This document shows positions 40,991-53,300 of a stretch of DNA of 64,000 bases, in pieces. Position numbers and translations under genes: made by a program. Origin of the DNA: Adineta vaga (Eukaryota > Animalia > Rotifera); NCBI GenBank assembly GCA_021613535.1, contig CP075495.1, forward strand, positions 620,001 through 684,000. The letters are read 5' to 3'. The stretch's first letter is position 1. Each line of letters opens with the position of its first letter. The notes under the pieces are model-generated. The model was not told where the DNA came from. It ran no database searches and was given only the letters and a program-made list of their open reading frames with translations.

Positions 40991-41816
40991 CTCTTTGTGT
41001 GCGCGTATGAATAAAATCTAATAAATTAAACTTACTCATTGATTGAATTGATGATGTAGTTTTCTTTTCATTTGAAATTGTTAATTTCTCAATAATTGGT
41101 AAATTATCATCAAAAGGCGAAGCAAGTGTTACATAAGGAGGAGTTTGTTCTTTCAAATGAATAATAAATAAACGTTTTGATGCTTTCCATTTACTAACAA
41201 TTTTAAAAAACGTTCCAGGAAGAAGAAGAATTTCATTTTCATCTTGAAAATAAGAATGAGATTGAATAAATTTTCCATGTAAACATTCAATATTAAAAAT
41301 TGTTCGTTGTTTATCTGTTTGAAGAAATGTTTTGATAACATTCATTGTTTCTGTACATGAACTCATTCCCCACCAAATTTGATCTTCATTTTCATAATGA
41401 TCATTTAAATTTTCTGAAACACCTCGATAAATAATTCCTTTAAATGATGGAAGTTTAAATAAAGCTGTAAAGAATAATTTAAGATAAAGAAACCACGAAA
41501 CTAATTGATTTCGATTTTTTGATCGAAGTTTTTCATTAAGTAATTGAAATAAACTTGGATATGGATGAGGCCATTGCATTGTATAAAGATGAATTGCAGC
41601 TGATTCATCTTGTGTTAAACCATCTTTTGGTTTTCGACAATTCTTTTTTGCAATTTCAATCATTGTATCACAGTCATAAAGTAATGATTTTATTGGTTCA
41701 ATTGCTTCTTTTAATGAAACTAATGGGTATTTTTCATAACCTTTAATTGGTGATAATGCCTGATCTGATTCTTTATCAGCATCTAGAAAGCGTTGTGGAA
41801 TTATTCTTTCAGCCAT
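38670..41816 (-). CDS. Gene D: ARTC-type ADP-ribosyltransferase + 72-nt linker exon + NHL propeller, 583 aa (exons 41816-41036, 40058-39987, 39568-38670)
   Basis: Motifs IYRG, WGMSSCT and QDENEILL. All junctions are phase-1 GT-AG, and the linker exon is nearly identical to that of caspase gene F. Confidence 0.85.
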
Positions 41817-44438
41817 TAAATCAAATTTTATTCAAATCAAAGTTTGTCTTACGAAAAATATGAAGAAATGATTTCGATTTAAATATGATATAAATGAATG
41901 AAAGGAAGAAAGAGAATGAAATGTTTTTCGATGATTTTTTTGTTTATGTAAATAGAATTGTTTGAGAAGATTTTTCTTCATTTTGATTCAACAACGAAAG
42001 TAGAAGTATGAAAAATAAAGAAAACTTTCAAATTGTATTTTTCTTTCTACTTCCTATAGACATTTAAGTTTCTCTCTATTCGATTCAAAAGAAAATTAAC
42101 GAAAACAAAACTATCGTGATTTCTTTGATAATATTTTATTAAAAATTGTCTAAGATGATTTTTCATCACCAGTTCTTTCGAAGTCAACGATTTTATTTCG
42201 TCGTATAATTTTGAAATAAATTTCTTTTCGAACTGATTCTTTCCTCGGTAAAAATTCTTTTCTTCAAGTATAGATGAAGATTCATCACTTGTCGTCAAGT
42301 TTTCTGTTTCTATCGATTGTCGAACGGTTCATTGAAAAAGTTCAATTAAATTTATAGAATAAGATAAAACTCAAACAACTAATGAAAAATACGAAATCAA
42401 CGATTTATACAAATAAAAAAGAAAGAAAAAACGTGAATTTGTATTGATTTTTTGTTGAAGAAATAAATTAAGAAATTCAGTTGAATCTAAAATCATAATT
42501 AATAATTGAATTTGTATCATAAAATTTCATAGAATTTTAATTAAGTATATAAAACATCTTTAAACATATTATTATGTAATAATACAGATTTATCATGTAA
42601 GATTAAATTAAAGAAATATTTAATCAACTATCAATGAATAAACATAAATAAACATGAACACAATGAACTTCACGTTGTTTTCTATAAAGCGTGTGCGAGA
42701 GATGAACGTGCTTCTTATCCTTCACTAAAAGTTACATCTTTTCCATCGCTCATTCTCAAATCATTCGCAGTAAATATTTGTAAATCTGCAAATAATTGAC
42801 AAAATAGAATATTTTCATAAATTGTTCTAGAAAAGTTCTAAGCAATTTGATTTGTATCTTTAGCTAAACACATTTTATCAAGAATCGCTGCTAAACGTGA
42901 AGACTTACATGAACCTGTCGCACGGGTAATTCCAATTAAATCATAGATAATTGAATTGAACTTCAAGTTAACGAAACTTTCTTCATATTAAAACTTCGTA
43001 TAGAATTTCATTTTGTTAATATAAATTCATTGATTCTTTTCGATACAATTCGACTTTCACTTCATTTTTTAATCACATAAGTCAAATTAATCTTAATTGA
43101 ATATCTCAAATAATCAAGAAATAATAAAAGATATTCGCTGTGAGTAAAACTTTATTCATCAACCAACTTTCAACAAATAAAATATCCATATTAATCGCAC
43201 AAATTCGATTCACTTTAAGATTTACTTAATCATTTTCATATGTTTATCTGATTATTTAATTGTATAAAAGAACAAGAAAAAGTCATCAAAATCAAATAAT
43301 GTTGAAGAACAATGATTTCTTCAAACAGTGTTATCCATATTTGATATAAACTATAACATTTAATTCTTCAGATTTCTCCACATTATTCGAAATAAAATTA
43401 ATAATTTGATCTGTTATTGTTTTGATCAATAAATTTGTTCATAATCTTCTGTAAATTATCGAAGAAAGTACAAATTCGTGTTTGTAAACCGAATATACGT
43501 ATCAATATCTTAGATTATTTAAAGAATTTCTTTTAAAAATAATGATTGAATAACTTTTGCATCGAGATGATGAATTAGTCTTTCCAATTTGTTTCAAGAA
43601 GATTTATTAAACGATGATATTCATCTTTTGTTGAAAATTCGAATAAATTATTGTTTATGATCGATTGTTAAAATTAAATTAATCCATGTTGAGAATTTAA
43701 TTTATATTCAATGATACCAAACAGATTCAGTTCAATCTAAGACATTTCTTTTGTTGTTCTTGTTGTTGTTTTCTTCGTCATGTTTGAACAATAAAAATCA
43801 ATCAAAGATCGACGAATTTATTTTAGAATAATTGAATAAAATTTACCTTTGTTTGTTCTTTTACTTGGAGAATCAAAGAGTTTTATAGAATTTATCATAA
43901 TCGAGATTAAATTTTGTACATTTTTTTTCATTCTTTTGGATGATCATGAAAGAAGAAGGTCATTATTTACGACAATTAGTTTTTCTTATTTATTTCAAAT
44001 GTCAGATGAGATAATGCCTTAACTTATTCAGATTTTTAAACAATTTCATTCGATTTTCTGATTACAAATCGAAAATTGATGTCTTTTCTTCAGAATGTAA
44101 AGTTTTTTTCTAAATGATTCGATGGTTTTTCTCAATCATAAAATAAAAGCTTTTTCATTCAAAGGTTTCCAATCAATTTATATTCTTTTGTTTCTTTCAT
44201 TGATTTTCAAGAAGGAAAATACGATTTAGGTGTTGTTAGCAATTTGACACTTTTTCAAAGCTTAGAACAACTTGTCCTCGTGTTCAAGTGTCCACATTTT
44301 TCGCATGATGATTTGATTAGCGAAGAAAGAAAAGAAATCATTTCATTCTATAAAAAAAAGAAGCGAATTCTTATTGAATCTTTTTACAAAAAACAAATAT
44401 ATTTTCTCAATCATTTTTCTACCTAAATTTTGTTTATC

Positions 44439-46713
44439 TTAAAATAAAAACTTTTCTTTTTCTTTTTCGAAATCAAATCGAACGATTCGATCATTTCCAC
44501 TATCTGAAACATAAAGATTTCCTTCTAAATCAAATGATAAACCTTGAGGACAATCCAATTGATTTGATTCACTTTCTTCACCATTTCCACCAACAACAAT
44601 CTCCCCTTCTTCATCTCCTTCACACCATCGCATTATTCGATGATTCCTCCAATCTGCCACATAGATTTGATTCCATTCATCAACAAACAATCCATGAGGA
44701 CAATTCAATTGATTAAGATTGTTTCCTTGACCATTTCCTCCAGCCACAACAATTCCTTCCTTCGCATCTTTTCTCCATTTCATCACACGATGATTCGAAT
44801 AATCTGAAACATAAAGAGATTGATCTTTATCAACAAAGATGAAAGTAGGATAGTCGAGTTGATTTCTTTGATTTCTATTTCCATTTCCACCTGCAACTAA
44901 TATTCCTTCTTTGTTTTCATTAATCTTTTCTAACTTCCATTTTCTCACTTCATTCTTCTCACAATCAGAAACATAAATAAATCCATGTTGATCCATTGTT
45001 AAACGAGAACAATCAATATTTTGAATGAGAATTTGTTGTTTTTGATCTCTTGACCATCGCATCACTCGTCTGTTCCCACGATCAGCAATGATGATTGAAT
45101 GATTTTGTTGATCAACAATCACATCTGTTGGGCCATTCAATTGATCTATTCTCTCTCCTTCTCCATTTCCACCTGCAATGATTTGTCCTTGTTTTTCATC
45201 ACATTTCCATTCAACAATACGATCATTCCCCCAATCAGCAATGAAAATGTTTTTGTTTTCATCAACAAAGATTCCTTCAGGACGATAGAGTTGATTTAAT
45301 TGATTTCCTTTTCCATTTCCTCCCGCAACAATTGTTCCATTTTGTTGAAATTTCGTTTCTAAACAAAGAAAAGAAAAAAGATTTGTGAAAAACAAAATGA
45401 AAAGTTTATTTTTTCGTTTTTCAATCAACTAAAAATTGAAAACGAAGAAAAAGAAATTTGCTTTGAATAAAATCATTTCGAATTTCATGAAGTTTGAGAT
45501 AAAAATCAAAAATTTTCTTTTTAATTTAATTTTCTTTTAGAAATTCAGTTTGATTTTGAATTAAAAGTAAAGAGGAAATCTTTGATTTCATCGAAAATTA
45601 AATTATGAAAAAGAAGAAAAATATCTTTTCAATTGATTATTATAATTTAATGAACGAAAAATAATTCGAAATTTGAAAATCAATAAAAATGTTTTTATTT
45701 TTTCTGAAGATTCGAATAAAAAAATGAATTAATAATAATAATATAAAATCTTTGCGTTTTTCTCAGATTTTAGATAATTTTCGAAACTTTTTTTGTTCAT
45801 TTTAGTGTTCTATAAAAGATTTAGTAATATATAAATGCACATTGACATATTTATTTTCTCTCTCTCCTTACTCAATTCTTCATTATTTTACATATGTTTA
45901 ATTGAACTAAAGATCCAAAATGAAATATTTATGATTGTAAATATGATAAAATAAAATAAAGAAGAAAAGACTAAATTAATCTATTTAAAGACAACATTTT
46001 TCAGTTATTGTTACCCTTTGAACACGAAATATCAAAGTTTCTCGTAATCATTCGAATGAAGAACATAAAACTAAATTGTATTAATTTGATTTGTCTTTTT
46101 GTTCTTCATTAGAAAATAAAGATCTTTTTTAGACATCAGTTTTAAATCAGTTTTTCATTTCAATAAAATAAGAATTGAAAACTTTCAACTTACTCTTTCT
46201 TGAAATAACTGATATTTCATTAATAAATCCTTGACAATGTTCTTGAATTGAAATATTTGATGGATTATTTAGTTCTTCATTCATTTGATTTAATTTTCTT
46301 TTTAAATCCTTCAAATCAATTTCATTAAATTCATTTTCTCGTTGAATTTCTTTGATTTGTTCACCTAATTCGCTTAACTTTTGTTCGATGTCTTTAAAAG
46401 ATGTTTTGGAATGTTCAATAACATTTTGTCGACATTTTCCCGCTGTTTGTTGAATAATTTGAATGGAATTTGTTTCCCATTGATCAATTTGTTTTATTAG
46501 TGAATGATTTTGTGGATTTTGTTTTTGATCGTTTATCGTATCTCTAAATTGATCATAATCATTGATAATAAGATGTAATTCTTCATTTAATGATTCTTGA
46601 TGTCCTTTGAAATCTTGTTGACAAAATTCCTTTGAACAACCTTGACACTGAATTATAATTTTTTTATATTTCAAACATTTGAAACATTGTTTTGTACTAT
46701 TTGCCATAGCCAT
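44439..46713 (-). CDS. Gene E: B-box-like + coiled coil + NHL propeller with alternative C-terminal tail, 479 aa (exons 46713-46194, 45358-44439)
   Basis: Inverted paralog of gene C with the same 835-nt intron. The NHL exon ends RFDFEKEKEKFLF instead of RFDKIH. Confidence 0.87.
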
Positions 46714-49700
46714 TTGTAAGAAAGAGACGTTGTAAAAGTGAAAATGAAAAGATTGATGTTGATGAAGATAAGAATAAAATGTCTCAAAGACAATAATGAT
46801 AAGATATAAAATATGTTGGAAAATAAAGATGGTTGAGTCATATTTTAATATTATTTGATTCTCTTTCTTTTTATCATGAAAACATATTATCTAGTATTGA
46901 AAAATCATATGAAAGAAAAGAATGTATATTCGATCTAGTAGAGTTATTCGATCATTTTATACATATAGATATAGCGATGAGGGACAAACTCTTTAAAAAT
47001 TTCTTTGAATTATAAATATTCAATTACGACGAGGTTTGTGCACAAGTGAAAATTAAATTTTACAATCTTGACCATTTTTACAGAAATAAAAGAAATGTTT
47101 TGTAATTATTGTTTCGAATAATTCGAGTCACATAGTCGAATTAACATTCTCAAGTTTTTGAGTCCAAGTCGAGATTGAGAGTGTATCTTTTATGCCTTAA
47201 TCTTTCCATTCATTGATCGATTTCAATACTCTTCGAAATATTTCAATATGATTTTATCTGAATAAAAATCTTTTTTTTGAACTCTGTTGTATTGAAATCT
47301 TAACATTTGATTGATGAATTTTGTTTCTTTTTTTTAATATTTATTATCATTTTGATTCAAATTTCTAAAATTGAAAATTAATTTATATATCTTTTTCAAG
47401 ATTTTTTAAATTTGTTCAAAAAAAAGAAACATAACATTAGAATATCGATAAATAAATCTCTTAAATTGATTGAAAACAATTAAATATATTAAAAAAGAAA
47501 AAACAAATCTGTTCAATAATTATAATATTTTCTTCTATTAGATAACTTACCGTTCATCATATTCAATCACAAATTGACATAGTTTATTAATGAATCATAA
47601 TTGTATATAACGATATATTGATGATTATCTAATTCTTTACTATAGTCAATTTTCTTTGTAGAATTCTAAAGTATATTACGATATTCTTCAAAAATGAATC
47701 ATTATAATTATTATCGTTTATAAATGGATAAACAGCAAAATAAGAGAAGATATTGATAACATCTTCTCGACATTTGTTTGACAATGAAAACATCAACTAA
47801 TATAACAGTTGTTTTTTTTTAATCATCTCACGAAATATATATAATCAAATGTTTTATTAAATCATAGAATGAGTGTAATGTTTCGAAATAAATGAAGAGC
47901 AGATTCTAACTGACAAACAATTGTTGAAATTTAGTAAATTATAATAATCGAATTATTAAATATCAGTTTTTATGATAATTATGAAGAAAAGTTTAGTATC
48001 AACTTAATAAAATAATTAATATTAATTATATTTATATAAACAAAATCTTTCTCTCGATAAAATAATCGATATTTCAATTTTTATCAATGAATAATTTAAC
48101 TAAACTACTATCTGTTGTGATAAAACTCCTCGCATTGCTTCATCATAAGTATAAAAGATAAAACTTTAGGAAATCTTGTTAAAAATTGTTCATTTCGATA
48201 AATTACTATTGTTATTAATTAACATTGATATGAATTCAAACTATTTTAAAAATAATATTGTTCAAATACTTGAAATAATAGTATTGGAAGAAAAAAAGAA
48301 CACATTGACAATAAGATTCTTGAAAAATGAATTATTGATTCGAATAATCGTATAACATATTCTATTGATCTAAAACTAATCAAAGTTAATTAATTTATTA
48401 ATATTATAACTAATGTAATTGAAATATTATCTAACATTTGAATTTTATTTATTTTCAATGAAAATAAATTTCATTTCTTTTTGTTCATATCGATATCTTT
48501 TAAAATTTAATCTAAATAATAATTATACAATTATTCTTTCATTCAATTATATAAATCATAAAGAATATTAGAAAAAAAAACATTATTTTTCAAAATATTT
48601 ATCACAATTTGATTAAAACTCAATGAAAATATCGATATTGTTAAAACTATTAATAGTTTTTCATATTAAAATATAATTATTTGTTGTAAATTCATTGACA
48701 ATATTTTTAACACTTTGAAATTTAGTTCAATATTTTATTGATTTAGTAAGAAAATGAAATAAGAATGATTTGATTTGAATATATTGATTCAGATTTAATT
48801 ATCAAATGAATATGATAGAATATGTTTAACTATTCTGGATTTTTCTTTCGATTAATCATTTGAAATAAAGTTGATTTGAGATTTTATTTGAATAAAATAT
48901 TTTGATTTTAATTATTAAATAGATAAAATACTTTTCTAATAGAACTTCACAAATGAAATCAAGTTTAGTTTTTAATTTCTTTTTAAATATAAAGTAAATG
49001 ATCTATTTATTAAAGAAAATCTATAATTCTTCTCATTTTATTTGTACATACTATTTCAAATGATTTCAATAACAATTTAATTGATTATAATCTTATAAAA
49101 TATCATGTGTGTAATATCTCTTTGATTTATTGATCAATATTTATATAATTCATTGAATGTTCATTTACGACGATTATAGATTAGATTTCTTTCTATCATT
49201 CAGAAGTATTTGTTGAGTCTGTTCAATATGTATTATAAACATTATCGGTTGATTCGACGATCAGAAAATCAAATATTCATTATTATTATCTCGATATCAT
49301 ATCATTTTATCTAAATCGTCTTGATACAATTCGATTTTTCGGAAAGAAGTTGTCAAACTTATTTCATTGTTGTTGGTATCGATATTAAAATATTTTCCAT
49401 GAAGAATTATTTTCCAAAATGAATTTCAATGATGAACACATCGATCATCAGTAGAATATTTTTGACTGAAATCATATGTAAGTACAATACAAGTTTTACA
49501 TTTACAGTTCATCTTTAATTCTTGAGAAATTTCTCTCGATATCTTTAGTTTGATTTTGTTACTTTTCAAATTCAACATATTACAGAACAATCATTCGATT
49601 CCGAGATGTTGAATATTGTGAAATCAGTTTCAACTAATTATCTCAATGTTTTAAAGAGATTGGTTTGTATTCAAATCGATTGATCTGTCTACACAAAACA

Positions 49701-50361
49701 ATAAGTGATGAGGGTGAAGAAAGATAATGTGATTCCATTAAGGAATTTAGGGAGATAGAATGAAACTATATACCAATATTAAGTGTATTTGGTAATTGGT
49801 TGGAACTAATTCCACACTGTTCAACATCACAGAATAGAAAATATTCTCTTTATATCGATTCTTTTCATGAAAATAGATAAAACTTTCATTGTTATAACAA
49901 TAAAAAACATCTTCACTTCTTTTTTCCGTTTCAAATTTCTCCAAAACTTCATAATCATTTTCTTAAACGATTCACAGGTTGTTTCATTTCGTTGATCGAT
50001 TATTAAAATATTATCTTGAATATGTTCGACCATTTCATTATTGACAATAAAATCGAATTCATCAAAATTCAAGTATCTTTTCTATCCGATTTCAATCTTT
50101 TTTCTTCGTTTTCATTCTTAAAGTTCGTTGAATTTCAACGAAATTACATCGAATTTTTCAAAATCATCGAAAATCAATTTTATTTTATTTCTCATTGAAA
50201 ACACTGTGAAATCACTTTGACAGAAACAAAATTATCGAAAACACAAAAAATAAAAGAAAATCTTTGTTATATCGAACATTTTCATCAAATCAAAACATTT
50301 CTTTCGCCTAATTCAAATTAAATTTAACAAAAATCTTTTCGTTTGAAATGCAAAGTTCATT

Positions 50362-53300
50362 TCAATGAATTTTATCAAATCGAACGATTCGATGATTAAC
50401 ACAATCTGAAACATAAAGATTTCCTTCTAAATCAAATGATAAACCAATAGGAAAATTCAATTGATTTGATTCACTTCCTTCACCATTTCCACCAACAACA
50501 ATCGAACCTTCTCGATCTCCTTCACACCATCGCATTATTCGATGATTCTCCCAATCTGCCACATAGATTTGATTCCATTCATCAACAAACAATCCTTGAG
50601 GATGATTCAATTGATTAAGATTGTTTCCTTGACCATTTCCTCCAGCCACAACAATTCCTTCCTTCGCATCTTTTCTCCATTTCATCACACGATGATTCGA
50701 ATAATCTGAAACATAAAGAGATTGATCTTTATCAACAAAGATGAACGAAGGATAGTTGAGTTGATTTCTTTGATTTCCTTTTCCATTTCCACCTGCAACT
50801 AATATTCCTTCTTTGTTTTTATTAATCTTTTCTAACTTCCATTTTCTCACTTCATCCTTCTTATAATCAGAAACATAAATAAATCCATGTTGATCCATTG
50901 TTAAACCAAAACAATCAATATTTTGAATGAGAATTTGTTGTTTTTGATCTCTTGACCATCGCATCACTCGTTTGTTCCCTCGATCAGCAATGATGATTGA
51001 ATGATTTTGTTGATCAACAATCACATCTGATGGATGATTCAATTGATCTATTCTCTCTCCTCTTCCATTTCCACCTGCAATGATTTGTCCTTGTTTTTCA
51101 TCACATTTCCATTCAACAATACGATGATTCCCAAAATCAGCAATGAAAATGTTTTTGTTTTCATCAATAAAGATTCCAAAAGGACTAGAGAGTTGATTTA
51201 ATTTCTTTCCAACTCCATTTCCTCCCGCAAGAATTGTTCCATTTTGTTGAAATTTCGTTTCTAAACAAAGAAAAGAAAAAAGATTTATGGAAAAAGAAAA
51301 AGAAAAGTTTGTTTTTGTTAAAAAAGATAAATTTCTTTGTCGAATTAAATTTTTTGTTTTAAAATTGATTTTCATTTGATTTATTTGAAAAAAGAAAAGG
51401 AAATTTTCAACGAAATTGTTTTATTAAATAATCGAAGATAAAATAAAGAATGTGTAATTTTTGTTGAAATGATTATTTTTTCTTTTAGTTGTTTTTCTCA
51501 TTTAATAAAGAAATTTATTTTGGAAAATATTTTGAAATGAAGATAAAGAAAAGATTTAATTAATCGATAATTTTTCATTTTAAATTGAAGAAAAAAAGAA
51601 GATTTTCTATTGAATTTTTAAATCGAATAAAACATTTTCCACTTTCAATTTCTAATTAAAAAATAAAATAAATATTTACCTCGTTTTGATTTTGTTGATG
51701 TTTTATTATTAGTTGAAATAGATGAATGTTGTTTAGATGAAACTGAAGAATCTAGAAAGAGGAAAAATTTCAATTTAAAATCTCTTTGATATGACTACGA
51801 TTAGAGTTCGAAAGAAAAAAGGTCTCCATTTTATGAAGATACTCATTACCGAGTAGTTTTCATGTTTTTTTCTCTTAAATAATAACATTGTATACGAGTC
51901 AAAACGATGTTTTCCTAAAATAATTCTGAATAATAATATTTAACATTATGCTTTTTTATTAAAATAAATATTTTTTAATTTTTATCAAATTAAGAATATT
52001 GTGTAATTGAAAAAAGTGTCGTTTTCTTTTTTATTGCAGATTGGATTATGATTTAACTCTTAATCGTCTAAAATATTCTTTATATTGTTTATAAATAATA
52101 AAAACAACAATGTTAAATATTTTATATTTAATTTATAAATCTCTTTTATAAATTCAATTTTTTTTCTCCTAAAAGATAATTTAACGTACGTTGATATAAT
52201 TAGATCTTAGTGTTTACATTGATAGATGTACAAACATTGTTAACAAAATGTAGAGAACATCACAGACAAAGTTCTCGAAACTATTCGATATTAATAAACT
52301 TTTTTTTTTAACAGAAAAATAAATTTTATCGTTTAAAAATGAATTCGAATATCAAATCGTTCTTTTCTTCAACTCTCATATTTCGATCTTGTGGGTGTAT
52401 TTAGAACTGAACTTCATCGTCAAGCACGTAAGCATTTACGTTTTTAACTTCGGAGATAAATTGCGAAGAGAAAAAATATTTCTGTTTCGGACAGTCGAGG
52501 GTCAAGTGAGTCGAACAACGAACGTTACTTGTCCCTTTTATTATCATTTTTTTAGGGTGAAACATATTTTGTTGAAAAATGATTGTCGAAAGTATAACAT
52601 TGTATTTAATTTGATGTCTGAGCAAGGAGGAGAATGCAAAGCAGGTGCCGCCAGCACCTATCAACATATACAGGTACTGAGTTACTTGTATTCTCTCCCC
52701 CGGTAGGTGACGAAGCGCTGGTAGTATCAGATGCGCATTTTCCATTTAGCTCGTACTCGCTCAGTATCTATCGGGGTTTTCAGGAGCTTAGGTACATACA
52801 CTTTCACCCATGTGTCAGCGGGCGGATGTGGGTATATGTGTAGATGTGAGTGAAGAAGATATATCAACACACCCACTCACATCCCCACCCTTAATACGTT
52901 ACTTATGAAAAATTCTAAAATTCTTTACCTTTTTTCCCATTGAATAAACAAATATGATCATCTGTTAAAATAGAAATAACATGTGGAATTTGGTCTTTAT
53001 TTGTATTTGTCATCACATCTTTTCGAACACGACGTAAAAGTATATCAATATCTTCATTTGGTGTTGGAAGATGTTTAAGAAGATATTTTGTAAATAAACC
53101 ATTATTTTCTCTATTATTTCCATCCTCTGCTGTGGTTCCTGGTCCACAGGCAAATGCAATCAATGAACCCGCATTTTTTGTAGACATTGAACTTAATCCT
53201 CTGGTATGATTAGTTGAATTACCTCTTGTAGATTTTTGTAAATCAGCATTACGTAAATGATAAGTTCGACAACAATCTAAGAAAAACATGATTAAATATG

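Noticed and set aside
10323-51260. Diversity-generating retroelement as the source of NHL variation
   Set aside because: There is no reverse transcriptase or non-coding template repeat in the window, and many silent-site adenines next to the variable codons are invariant, which adenine-directed mutagenesis would not predict. A trans-acting mechanism cannot be excluded from this window.
52389-52843. ORFs in the D/F intronic repeat (also 40518-40880)
   Set aside because: They lie inside introns, their extents differ between the two copies, and no domain is recognisable.
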